Below, piece after piece: positions 48,409-57,684 of a DNA stretch of 64,000 nt (positions are counted from its first letter, which is position 1; each line of letters starts with the position of its first letter). The stretch is from a virus (lineage: Duplodnaviria > Caudoviricetes). The DNA lies in IMG/VR virus record IMGVR_UViG_3300033555_000001, positions 1-64,000 of that record. One strand, 5' to 3'. The translations under genes and the position numbers were made by a program. The notes below the pieces were generated by a model. That model was not told the origin of the DNA and searched no databases. It was given only the letters and a program-made list of their open reading frames with translations.

Positions 48409-48693
48409 ATGACAAACTCAACTACAATCATCAGCGCAATTGAATCAAACGAAGCTCAAGAACTGTACGCAACTGGTCTGAAATTAACATCAACAGATCG
48501 GCAGCTACAAAACGGCACAATCTCGCTGATTGGCACCGTTAACAAGCAAAGTGTTAAGTACCTGATTACTGCATCAGGTAAAGTGTTCAGCAATGGTTTT
48601 CTCGTGCGTACCGTGCGTGGTGCATACCCACTACAGCAGTACCGCGCTGGACTAAAGGCCGCTGCACAATTGCTCTCTAATCGCACTGCATAA
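48409..48693 (+). CDS. Hypothetical protein
   Basis: AGGA RBS. Confidence 0.55.
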   Translation: MTNSTTIISAIESNEAQELYATGLKLTSTDRQLQNGTISLIGTVNKQSVKYLITASGKVFSNGFLVRTVRGAYPLQQYRAGLKAAAQLLSNRTA

Positions 48694-48863
48694 TGACCCA
48701 ACGGGTTCATCCAACGCCTCCTAGCAACAGGGAAGTTTGCGACAGTTGCGGGCCGGTGAAGAATGGAGCACACAAGTGGTGGTGCAATGCCATCTCAATT
48801 GCTGTTCCTCCAGCAATTGTACTCACAGTAATAGTGCTTGTATTGCTGATTGAGTACTATTAA
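48693..48863 (+). CDS. Small membrane protein (56 aa)
   Basis: TAATG overlap; CxxC plus C-terminal TM. Confidence 0.45.
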   Translation: MTQRVHPTPPSNREVCDSCGPVKNGAHKWWCNAISIAVPPAIVLTVIVLVLLIEYY

Positions 48864-48880
48864 CCTGAATTCTCAGGTGT
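48860..48880. repeat. 21-bp palindromic site, copy 1 (copy 2 at 51914-51934)
   Basis: TTAACCTGAATT[C/A]TCAGGTGT, 20 of 21 identical; contains ACCTGA-N4-TCAGGT. Confidence 0.8.
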
Positions 48881-48901
48881 TGCGCAGTACAAGCAGAAAT
48901 A

Positions 48902-48931
48902 GGAAAGAGCCCTCAATTGAGGGCTCTTTCC
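48902..48931. terminator. Terminator-like hairpin between convergent genes
   Basis: GGAAAGAGCCCTC-AATT-GAGGGCTCTTTCC, 13-bp stem. Confidence 0.7.
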
Positions 48932-49007
48932 ACATCCTTGATAATTTCCTCTTATCAAGTTGGAGCGGATTGTAACAACTGTTACCTGCGCAGGAACAGA
49001 TAAGGAA

Positions 49008-49556
49008 TTACTGCAAATTATTAAATGATTGTGTTTGCACAGCTTGAACAGTCGTGATGTTGTTAAGCGTTGTCCACGCAGTGCCGTCAGACGAATACTG
49101 AAATGCATATGATTTAGCATGATACCCACTGCTGGCATCAAAAGCAAACATTTGTACAGAACTTATTGCTTTAGTTATTCCAGCACCAAAGTTTATTCCC
49201 CAGTGAACAACCAAGTTACTTCCCTCAGCACCTACATTTTGCCAATAAGTTGACACGTCTTCGTCAGCTGCCTTAGATGTGTCAAATGTCCCACCTAAAG
49301 TCTGATTAGATATAGCAATGCCACCTGTTGATAAGTTTGGCCCAGAACAATCAATGCTTTCATAGAATCTGTATTCGCGAACAGCATGAAAATATGGTGC
49401 GGTGCCGTACGGATCTATCCAGCTTGTGTTTGTTGCGAGCAATCGCCAGTACTGATAAGAAGCCTTGGTGTTGATAACACTAGCTATAACACTAGCCTTG
49501 CTAAATTTACCAAGCCCGCCCAATAAACCGTTTGATAGTGTGCTAATAATCGGCAT
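49008..49556 (-). CDS. Discoidin/F5-8-like carbohydrate-binding protein
   Basis: YQYWRL...EYRFY...FQYSSDG..WTT. Confidence 0.55.
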   Translation of the reverse strand: MPIISTLSNGLLGGLGKFSKASVIASVINTKASYQYWRLLATNTSWIDPYGTAPYFHAVREYRFYESIDCSGPNLSTGGIAISNQTLGGTFDTSKAADEDVSTYWQNVGAEGSNLVVHWGINFGAGITKAISSVQMFAFDASSGYHAKSYAFQYSSDGTAWTTLNNITTVQAVQTQSFNNLQ

Positions 49557-49570
49557 ATAATTTTCCTATT

Positions 49571-51877
49571 TTAAGCAAACTTGGTAGCAGTTGCCAAGAC
49601 CGTGTATGTTGAAGCTGCCGTCTTGATAACTGTTAATGAGTACGAATCAATTGCATTCACTGAACCAGCTGTTGGTGCCGTTCCATTCCATTTTGGCGTT
49701 ACTACAGTACCATCAATTGTAAAGACGGTTGGATAAAACGCAGTAGCGCCGTTTGTGACTAGCACCGCGATCGACGCTGACTGGCCAATTGCCATGGTGT
49801 TATTCAGAGTAGCTGTGCTGCTGCCACGGATGTTCAGCGTGAAGTTAGCAGTTGCAGCAACTGTAAAGTTCCAAACAGCGGCAGTGTTTAGATCAATTTG
49901 TGTTGTTGCTGTTGGCGCGGTAGCTGTGGTGTTTACTTTCTCCAACATTGCTTGAACACTGGTATTACCAGTAAGTGTTGCACCAGTAAGTGTTGCACCA
50001 GTAAGTGTTGCACCAGTTGATGAAACATAACCCTGAGCTTTTACAAACGCGGTTGTTGCAAGTTTTGTTGATGAGTCTGCAGTAGCTGGTGTTACCGATG
50101 TTGGACTAATCTTAAAATCTAGAATCTTAGAAGCACGGTTAATGCTATAAACTATAGTTTGAGTGCCTGTATCACCTTGAGCAACCATGTTAAAATTTGA
50201 ACCACCATCACTTCCAGACTCAGCTGTGTTATCAGCGTGCATATTCCAACGACCGCTGGCGCCACTTGTCCAATACAGTGTTCTGAACGAACCAGCAGGA
50301 CTGCTTATGAGGAGATTATTGGTGGTTGCGGTAATTGTGCCGACGTTATCAATACGGAAGCGTTCCGTATTAGCTGTCTTCATGTAAACAAAACCCGGTA
50401 TTCCACTGCCGCCAGCACCACCAGCAAGTGTTATATCGCCGCCGCCAGCCGCCCCAGTATTGTTGTTACCACCACGAACAATTACGCTACCAGCTCTCTG
50501 TTGTGCTGAATCAGCACCACGCACTGTTAATAGTCCAGCTGCATTGGCTGTAGACACGTCACCAGCATTAACTGTTAAGTCCCTTTGTTGATCTGATCTA
50601 AAACTAGCGGTAGCAGTACTGATCGTTATGGAGGTGGGAGTTATAGTTATTTTATCTGCCGCAACTGTTGGGTTGGTAAGAGTTAAAGCACTACTTGCCG
50701 CATATGTAAAGTTTGACGACGCGCCAAAAGCCCCTGCATTGTTATATTGGATTTGTGTATCAGCACCCGCAACAGTACCACCAACACCATACCCTTGTGC
50801 TTTAACGAATGCAGTAGTTGCTAACGCCGTAGAGCTATCAGCGGTTGCTGCGGTTGGGGCTGTCGGTGTACCGGTAAGGGCAGGTGATACTGCATGCACG
50901 CCGGAACCGGTACCAGTTGACGTAGTTGTTCCTGTACCACCTTGCAGCACTGATAGCGCTGTTGTTAAACCAGTAAGCGATGTGATGTTAGAGTTTGCGC
51001 CTGATGTAGCAACGCCACCGACGTCGGCCGCGACCAGAACAACAGCTCCTGTTTTGCCAGCTACGGATGTCACAGATCCAGCAGTTGTAACATACCCTTG
51101 GGCTTTAACAAATGCCGTGGTTGCGAGTTGAGTAGAATCTGTAGCCGGGGCTGCCGTTGGAGCTGTTGGAGTACCAGTAAAGGCAGGTGAAGCAAGTGCA
51201 GCAACTCCACTGACGTCCGCTACAGTAAGTACAATTGCGCCCATCCTACCAGCAACACTTGATACTTCGCTTTGTGAACCGTCAATTCCGTCCCAGGCGG
51301 TGCCGTTGAACAGAACCAAATCGCCAACATTAAAACTAACTAGCCCATTCAACGAGGAAAAGAAAGTAAATGTTTGAGTTGGGTTAGTGAACGTTGCTTG
51401 ATCAATTGTTAGAGATGTGCCACTTACTATAGTGACGGTTGCTGTGCCAATGATGTTCCCACCAGTAACACTTTGACCTACTGTAATTCCAGTAGAGCTG
51501 ATCAGTATCGTAAGGCCGCTGTTACTTTCCGTTGGTGATCTTACGGTTGTAGTACCTGGTAACAATCCAGCTGTTGATACTTTGTAGTATTCACCTTTTA
51601 CGCCAACACTAGAAACAAGAGCGGGAGTGTTTGTAACAGGATTCCAAGTACCCTTAAAATCAAGGCCACCAGCTACACCTGCAATAGCCGCATCAACGTA
51701 AACTGAGTCTGGCTGTCGAAGCCACGCAGCGCCTGAGTAAACGTGCAGCCCTAGTCCAGCGTCTGTTCTAAAAAAAAGTTCGCCAGTGCTTGGATTAAGT
51801 GGAAATGTGGTTCCCTGAGCAAGTGTCAGGTTTTGAAAAGTAGAGCCCTCAATAAGGGTAAGGCCATCGGTCAACAT
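49571..51877 (-). CDS. Tail fibre / receptor-binding protein
   Basis: N-terminus shared with the 36120 fibre; SPA.TGTPTAPTA...TTAFVK repeats; TAAATA upstream. Confidence 0.8.
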   Translation of the reverse strand: MLTDGLTLIEGSTFQNLTLAQGTTFPLNPSTGELFFRTDAGLGLHVYSGAAWLRQPDSVYVDAAIAGVAGGLDFKGTWNPVTNTPALVSSVGVKGEYYKVSTAGLLPGTTTVRSPTESNSGLTILISSTGITVGQSVTGGNIIGTATVTIVSGTSLTIDQATFTNPTQTFTFFSSLNGLVSFNVGDLVLFNGTAWDGIDGSQSEVSSVAGRMGAIVLTVADVSGVAALASPAFTGTPTAPTAAPATDSTQLATTAFVKAQGYVTTAGSVTSVAGKTGAVVLVAADVGGVATSGANSNITSLTGLTTALSVLQGGTGTTTSTGTGSGVHAVSPALTGTPTAPTAATADSSTALATTAFVKAQGYGVGGTVAGADTQIQYNNAGAFGASSNFTYAASSALTLTNPTVAADKITITPTSITISTATASFRSDQQRDLTVNAGDVSTANAAGLLTVRGADSAQQRAGSVIVRGGNNNTGAAGGGDITLAGGAGGSGIPGFVYMKTANTERFRIDNVGTITATTNNLLISSPAGSFRTLYWTSGASGRWNMHADNTAESGSDGGSNFNMVAQGDTGTQTIVYSINRASKILDFKISPTSVTPATADSSTKLATTAFVKAQGYVSSTGATLTGATLTGATLTGNTSVQAMLEKVNTTATAPTATTQIDLNTAAVWNFTVAATANFTLNIRGSSTATLNNTMAIGQSASIAVLVTNGATAFYPTVFTIDGTVVTPKWNGTAPTAGSVNAIDSYSLTVIKTAASTYTVLATATKFA

Positions 51878-52022
51878 AAAAGCAATCTCCTAGAGTAGAT
51901 CGTGTATTTAGTCTTAACCTGAATTATCAGGTGTCAAACCGCCTCACGCCAGAGATAGAATGAATCTTACTTTGGTGTGAGGCAAACATGAAAAATTCCC
52001 TGTACAGAATAGAGAGCTCAAC

Positions 52023-52178
52023 ATGAGGCTCTGGATGTGGCAGCTGCTGATTTGCCTGTTTTTGCTGGCGTGGACGGCCGTTGGGATTTGGGACTGGAGC
52101 CTGTGCGTTGAGAGCGGCGGTGATTCTCTTGCGTGCACGTTCAGGTATCCTGTTTCTCAGCTGTATCTACTGCAGTAA
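52023..52178 (+). CDS. Small membrane protein (51 aa)
   Basis: GAGAG RBS; MRLWMWQLLICLFLLAW. Confidence 0.4.
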   Translation: MRLWMWQLLICLFLLAWTAVGIWDWSLCVESGGDSLACTFRYPVSQLYLLQ

Positions 52179-52248
52179 CCGTTACAATTCTCTTGTGTTA
52201 TTAATAAGAGCTAATTGTTAGAATATACTCAATTACTAAGGAACAACC

Positions 52249-52524
52249 ATGTCTGATTTAATTAGCCGTATCAATGACATTACAAAAGACGCCAACAACA
52301 GCGATGACGTAAAAATCAAAGAGCTAATAGGTTTCTATTTTAAAAATACTGTGTACCTTTCTCCAGATATGATTGGCCTAATTCTTTTTAATATTGAGCG
52401 AATTGTAAATGCGCGTGTGATTAAAAATCCGGATCCTGGTGTTCCGCTTAATGCAGGTGTTAATGTCGTGCAGCTAGTACCAAAACATCCAGACAGGCGG
52501 TCCAATCGCGGGCGCGAAATTTGA
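52249..52524 (+). CDS. Hypothetical protein
   Basis: AAGGA RBS. Confidence 0.5.
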   Translation: MSDLISRINDITKDANNSDDVKIKELIGFYFKNTVYLSPDMIGLILFNIERIVNARVIKNPDPGVPLNAGVNVVQLVPKHPDRRSNRGREI

Positions 52525-52542
52525 TACCCGCGAAAGATTAAA

Positions 52543-52791
52543 ATGATTCCACCAGATCAGCCACTGAACACTGCGGTTTTTAAAAGTAGTGATTTGATAA
52601 AGTGTTATAGACCGCCTAGTCTTCTGTCAGTAATGCCTGGAAATAAAGTAATGTTAGGTTCGTCAGGGCCGTGTATGATTGTTGCTGATGTTGATAAAAA
52701 TGGCGATGCAGTATGCCAATTTGAAGATGATGGAAAATTGGTGCAGTATACTTTTCCCTTAGCCATGCTTACGTGCTTTGGCGCTGAATAA
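52543..52791 (+). CDS. DUF2158/YodC-like protein
   Basis: V.L.S.GP.M.V...C.F....F....L pattern. Confidence 0.6.
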   Translation: MIPPDQPLNTAVFKSSDLIKCYRPPSLLSVMPGNKVMLGSSGPCMIVADVDKNGDAVCQFEDDGKLVQYTFPLAMLTCFGAE

Positions 52792-52804
52792 TATTGAGAT
52801 TAAA

Positions 52805-53218
52805 ATGATTCATATTATCTATTTGATTCTAATTGTCCTTGCATACAATTTTGGCTGGACAGCTGCACACCGAATGGTTGCAAGAGAATCCGAGTTGCTT
52901 GGCAAATTCTTTGTAGGTTCTAAAGTTTTTAAGAGTGAGCTGATTGAAGATCGCAGTCCAGCAGTCAAGGCAGATCTTCAACCGATACCGCAAGATTCTA
53001 TTTCAACTAACACTGTTAAAACTTCAGAGTCTGCAGTAGATTTAACTCACTTTATAGTAGGCAGCAAAGTATTTTTAAAATCCGGTGGTGCGCTAATGGA
53101 GGTTATTGGAATTCTTGATAACACGGATGTAGTCTGCTGGTATAGGAAAGATTCAGCAATTACGTTTGGAACTTTTCCACAAGCTGTGCTAAGAGGTTTA
53201 TCCAAGCAAACTAAGTAA
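52805..53218 (+). CDS. TM protein with C-terminal DUF2158/YodC-like domain
   Basis: VGSKVFLKSGGALMEV...CW...F.QAVL. Confidence 0.6.
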   Translation: MIHIIYLILIVLAYNFGWTAAHRMVARESELLGKFFVGSKVFKSELIEDRSPAVKADLQPIPQDSISTNTVKTSESAVDLTHFIVGSKVFLKSGGALMEVIGILDNTDVVCWYRKDSAITFGTFPQAVLRGLSKQTK

Positions 53219-53243
53219 TAATTGCATTTTAACGGGGGCTAAC

Positions 53244-53483
53244 GTGATATTAAATCTTTCTACAGAAAAGCATTTTGAGTTGTATGTTCTTGCTGCCATC
53301 GCAGCACCAGGCCCAACTACAGAGCAAATAACGACGGCTCAGAGGATGGATAAAAACTTGAATCCATATAACGACTACAATAAACCTAAGTTGCGAGATA
53401 CGGTTGAGATTATTGCTGATTACAAATTAGGCTGTGCAGACATTCTTCTAGCACGAGCAGTAAAGCAATTTGAAAAGGCATGA
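53244..53483 (+). CDS. Hypothetical protein
   Basis: GTG start after GGGG. Confidence 0.45.
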   Translation: MILNLSTEKHFELYVLAAIAAPGPTTEQITTAQRMDKNLNPYNDYNKPKLRDTVEIIADYKLGCADILLARAVKQFEKA

Positions 53484-53489
53484 TGTTAT

Positions 53490-53771
53490 ATGTGCAAAAA
53501 CCCATGTAAAGAATGTCCGTTTAAAGTTGAGAACGCCGGGCAGCTGTGTCATATCATGGTAGACCAAATGGAGGATAATGCTCAGTACCTCAAAGGGTTT
53601 CCGTGCCACATGAAAAACCCTAACAACGATATCCTGACGTGCGAGTCCCCAGCGCAAAACGCGAATGACTGCTCCGGGTTTAAGCGGATGCGAGAAAATC
53701 AGATGGCGGGATATGACGTAACTCTTCACCCAGATGTCGTTAGTTCATTTGACGAATTAATGAATTACTAA
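53490..53771 (+). CDS. Cys-rich hypothetical protein
   Basis: PCKECPF...FPCH...C.G. Confidence 0.55.
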   Translation: MCKNPCKECPFKVENAGQLCHIMVDQMEDNAQYLKGFPCHMKNPNNDILTCESPAQNANDCSGFKRMRENQMAGYDVTLHPDVVSSFDELMNY

Positions 53772-53799
53772 ACGCTATTTGTCACCTAATGCCTCTATA
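53770..53799 (+). repeat. 30-bp exact dispersed repeat, copy 2
   Basis: Identical to 11603-11632. Confidence 0.85.
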
Positions 53800-53812
53800 A
53801 CGCGAGAATAAG

Positions 53813-54268
53813 ATGCGATTTTACTGCTTTGTTAATAACGTCTATATGTCTGCCATCCAACACGGAATTCAGACCGCTCACGCCGTGTCAGAAATGAGCT
53901 TTAAAACCGCTCGTAATCCTGAAGCTCACGCAAAATATCTGATGTGGGCAGCGTGGCACAAGACGATCATTGTGTTACAAGGCGGGAATGTAGAGAATCT
54001 GCTGCGCTTAGAAAATGAAATAACTATATTGGCTAAGGAACTCGAACTGCCAGCTGTATCGTTCAGAGAAGATGAGGCGAGTCTCGGCGGAATAATTACC
54101 GCTGTGGCCGTGATACTTCCAGAAGCACTCTACGACACTGAGGTAGTGAAAGACGAAGACGGCTATACTGCCTTTAAACCACCTGTGGTTGGTGCGCAGT
54201 GGATCTCTGATTCATGGAGCCCCGAGCATAAACTGCTGTCGTTAATCAAGCTTGCTCGCCTTGCCTAG
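53813..54268 (+). CDS. PTH2-like peptidyl-tRNA hydrolase
   Basis: GIQTAHA, KTIIVL.G, F.ED...G..TAVA. Confidence 0.6.
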   Translation: MRFYCFVNNVYMSAIQHGIQTAHAVSEMSFKTARNPEAHAKYLMWAAWHKTIIVLQGGNVENLLRLENEITILAKELELPAVSFREDEASLGGIITAVAVILPEALYDTEVVKDEDGYTAFKPPVVGAQWISDSWSPEHKLLSLIKLARLA

Positions 54269-55017
54269 TCCAGACTCTTGACCCAGCGCTGATTAATTTT
54301 GGCGCGCTCTTCTGCGGTTATGGATAACAGCGCTTTTGCAATAATACTCGGGAGCACTGTGTTTCCCTTTAGTACTGCAAAATTGTAGGCGTAGTCGAAT
54401 CCAATCTGAGTTGCAGAGGTAGGAAGTTCAGTATTTTGGCGCAGCCACAAGTACGTGGCGTGATCCATTACTGCAGCCTCTACCGCGCCGGCGAGCATGG
54501 CGTCCATTGACAGCGAATCATTATCAAATTCAACCAGCTTTGCAAATGGCAGTTCGCTGTCAACCCAGGCTTTTACGGAGAATTTTTTTGCAATACTTAC
54601 AGATTTGGGCAGCTCCAGTACTGGGGCAGTGGTTACCAGCACGCCGCCCACTAAAGAATATGGCGGCGTAAATTCCAAGTACTCTAGCCGTTCAGCATTA
54701 ACTCTAATTGTGGTAATAAGATCTACTTTTTTGTCTTGAACGGCCACCAGTCCGGCATGAAATGTGCTGAACTCAACGGGGACTAATTTTAGCCCGGTTT
54801 TCCGCTCAATTAGTCGCACATAATCTATAGACATGCCGCGGAGTTTATCACCGTCCTTAAACATGTACGGTGCATGAGCTGTTTCTGCAACAAAAGTAAT
54901 TGTCGGATTAGCTCTTATATATTCTTTTTCAAAAAGAGTTAACCCAATATCTGGTTTAATGGGCGTACATGCTGTGAAAAACGTAGTAGTAAAAAGAAGA
55001 ATAAATTTAAGCATCAT
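54265..55017 (-). CDS. Family-3 periplasmic solute-binding lipoprotein
   Basis: Lipobox-like FTAC; PYMF.DG...GMSIDY..LI...GL, R..YL.FT.PY; TAAATA at 55040. Confidence 0.8.
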   Translation of the reverse strand: MMLKFILLFTTTFFTACTPIKPDIGLTLFEKEYIRANPTITFVAETAHAPYMFKDGDKLRGMSIDYVRLIERKTGLKLVPVEFSTFHAGLVAVQDKKVDLITTIRVNAERLEYLEFTPPYSLVGGVLVTTAPVLELPKSVSIAKKFSVKAWVDSELPFAKLVEFDNDSLSMDAMLAGAVEAAVMDHATYLWLRQNTELPTSATQIGFDYAYNFAVLKGNTVLPSIIAKALLSITAEERAKINQRWVKSLD

Positions 55018-55128
55018 CTAGCCCCGTGAGTGATGTACTTATTTACACCCGGAAATTCATCCTGATCTATATCGTTTAAGCGGGTGTTTTTCGATTAGAA
55101 TAAGTTCTTATATGTTATTGGAGACAGT

Positions 55129-55755
55129 ATGACTAGCCTGGCAAAAACAAACATTGAGCGCCAAATTGCAGCGCTTGAGCAACTTAACGGTGTTATTGAA
55201 TCAGCGGTATATCAGAAAATTGTTGATGCAGTTACCTCAGTGGCGCGGCAGAATTATCGTACTCGGGTGCTCATGGCTGGTGTTGGTAAAAACGCCAATA
55301 TCGCCGCTAAAATTTCAGAGACAATGGCAAGCTTAGGTATTCCTTCTATGCCAATTAATGTGTCGCACTTAGGGCATGGCGATTTTGGCTATATTGGTCC
55401 CTACGATACAATCATTCACATTTCACGGTCAGGTACTACGCGTGAGATGCTTGTGGCAATGGAACACATTGCGCTTATTCGACCAAGTGTGCTGCAGGTA
55501 CTGATTCACTGTAAGGCCGGCAAACCCGCAAACCCACATGCCGGTCTGGAGTTGTTTATTGGCGCAGTCAAAGAGGGTGATGAGCACGGCTTGGCTCCAA
55601 CAACAAGCACCACTGCGCTGCTCTGTATTTTAGACTGCATTTCTGTAGAAGCCTCGCACAACATTAAATTTGCTAGACTGAACTTTTTAAAGTTTCACCC
55701 GGATGGCGCACTTGGCGCGTTGCTTAAGGCTGAGCAGGAGAAGACAAATGTGTGA
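55129..55755 (+). CDS. SIS-domain sugar-phosphate isomerase (KdsD/GutQ arabinose-5-phosphate isomerase-like)
   Basis: GVGK...A.KI..T..S.G, HGD.G, SRSG.T.E, LAPTTSTT, FHP.GALG; no CBS domains. Confidence 0.85.
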   Translation: MTSLAKTNIERQIAALEQLNGVIESAVYQKIVDAVTSVARQNYRTRVLMAGVGKNANIAAKISETMASLGIPSMPINVSHLGHGDFGYIGPYDTIIHISRSGTTREMLVAMEHIALIRPSVLQVLIHCKAGKPANPHAGLELFIGAVKEGDEHGLAPTTSTTALLCILDCISVEASHNIKFARLNFLKFHPDGALGALLKAEQEKTNV

Positions 55756-56026
55756 GTGCGAAGTTTGTAAGCACGGCCGGATTTTTACTAAGAAGATTGA
55801 GGAACTGCTCCCAGAGCAGCGAGATTATTTTATCAGCCTGTACGAAGAGCTAATCGAGACTAAGTTTGATCTGGAGTATAAAACAGCCCTCATTAACGGA
55901 ACACTGTCTAATTCAGTAGCCCGGTTATCCAAGGCACTAGAGCGCGCGGAAAATAACATTCGGATTATAAAGGGCAAAGCTTCATGCGTACTTAACCGCC
56001 CTATTCCAGGCAGAGAGGAATACTAA
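55748..56026 (+). CDS. Hypothetical protein
   Basis: AGGAG RBS; MCECEVC. Confidence 0.5.
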   Translation: MCECEVCKHGRIFTKKIEELLPEQRDYFISLYEELIETKFDLEYKTALINGTLSNSVARLSKALERAENNIRIIKGKASCVLNRPIPGREEY

Positions 56027-57684
56027 TGAACGTAGTAATTGTTGCAGGTGGACTTGGATCAAGACTGGCACCGCTCACAAACAACGTGCCAAAGTTCCTG
56101 GTGAATATCGGCAAACAAACTGGTTACGTTGAACAGGTCAGATACTGGCTTAAAAATTTGCCACTGTTTGATGGTGGGAACTTATCGGCCAATACACTCA
56201 ATCTTACTGTAATTGTGCACAGCGCTTATGCAGACATGGTCAGCGAGTATCACAAGATGTATTTTCCGCTCGTTGAGCTCACCATCAAAACTACTGACGC
56301 GGCTAATGGATCAGCACATGCCATTAGTACTTGCTGCGAGCACCTAACTGGAGAATCGGTCTTTTTCCAGTGGTGCGACACCATGCCAAATCAACCGTTT
56401 ACTGGTGATATGTTACGGTGGATAAGTGGAAAAGCGAATATTATCTTTACTAATTACGACCACCCAAATCGCTATGGCACTAAGCAATTAGACGAGCTTG
56501 GCCCGGTTGAGGCTGTTTTACAGCCAGACGGCCGCGGCGGAATTTTCGGCCTGTACCACATTAGCAACTTTAAACCGCTTCCATACGCAGACGGTCAAGA
56601 TTTCGTAGAAGTAATTTCTCAGTACGGTACAAGCTATGAAGTACGGCTGGACTCCATAGTTGATTGGGGCGACATGCCTAAGCTTGAGCGCACTCGCTCT
56701 ACTGCTGATTCCGCTCGAGAGTTTAATAAAGTTGAGTTCCACGGTGAGCTTGTTGTAAAGTCCTCCTTGAACGAACAGGGTGACGGCCTCATTACCAAAG
56801 AAATGAATTGGTATAAGCTATTAAATGAGTTCAATGCGCCACTGCGTGGTATCAGAATTCCTAATACGTACTTTGGATCTGATGGAAAAAGTTTTATTAT
56901 GTCCCGCGTTAAAGGTGTGCCAGTATTTGAGCTGTGGCCGAGCCTGGACTCTGAAAATCGCGCTCTTGTTCTACAGCGGTTAATTGACCAAATGAAAAAG
57001 TTACATAGTCTGCATTCGATAAATGTGTCTAAAAAAGTTATTATCGACGACATTAAGACTGAGGCTCGAAATAAACTAATTTCCAGATGGCATGAAATTC
57101 GCGGCTTTGTTGAATGTTTTGGCGCGGTGAGCAGTGTTAACGGACAGGAGCTCTCTGGCTGTGGGCGAGATTACCCAGAATATATTATTAATTCGCTGTG
57201 TGACGAGTTAATTGGATGTGACGGAAATTCTGGAGTTTATGGCGCCCTTAACTTTTATTCTATCGTGCACGGCGATCTACAGATGTCAAACACCATGATT
57301 GACCCTGACACTCTAGAAGTTTCTATCATTGATCCTCGTGGATATTTTGGAAAAACCCTAGGTTATGGTCTGCCTGATTATGACATTGCTAAGTTGCTGT
57401 ACTCCCTTAATGGATACGACCTGTTTAACTACTCTAAGACCTTTCATATTGACGTGGTTAAAACTCCTTATAACACGACAGATATTAAATTCGATATCCC
57501 TCAGCCCGCTCTGGGGGGCTGCGAAGATATAATCGCACGCACCTTTAGAAGAGAACACCATATCTGGCTTGCCATCATCTTTCTTGGTTTGGCACAGTAC
57601 ATTAAAAATGATCCAGTTAAATGTATTGCTGCACATTATCACGGGCTGAGCCTTGCAGAGAAAGTGCTGTCCAGAAAGATATAA
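56026..57684 (+). CDS. Nucleotidyltransferase fused to an APH/choline-kinase-like domain
   Basis: AGGLGSRL.PLT..VPK.L at the N-terminus; HGDL...N...IDPRG...YD.AKL at the C-terminus. Confidence 0.85.
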   Translation: MNVVIVAGGLGSRLAPLTNNVPKFLVNIGKQTGYVEQVRYWLKNLPLFDGGNLSANTLNLTVIVHSAYADMVSEYHKMYFPLVELTIKTTDAANGSAHAISTCCEHLTGESVFFQWCDTMPNQPFTGDMLRWISGKANIIFTNYDHPNRYGTKQLDELGPVEAVLQPDGRGGIFGLYHISNFKPLPYADGQDFVEVISQYGTSYEVRLDSIVDWGDMPKLERTRSTADSAREFNKVEFHGELVVKSSLNEQGDGLITKEMNWYKLLNEFNAPLRGIRIPNTYFGSDGKSFIMSRVKGVPVFELWPSLDSENRALVLQRLIDQMKKLHSLHSINVSKKVIIDDIKTEARNKLISRWHEIRGFVECFGAVSSVNGQELSGCGRDYPEYIINSLCDELIGCDGNSGVYGALNFYSIVHGDLQMSNTMIDPDTLEVSIIDPRGYFGKTLGYGLPDYDIAKLLYSLNGYDLFNYSKTFHIDVVKTPYNTTDIKFDIPQPALGGCEDIIARTFRREHHIWLAIIFLGLAQYIKNDPVKCIAAHYHGLSLAEKVLSRKI

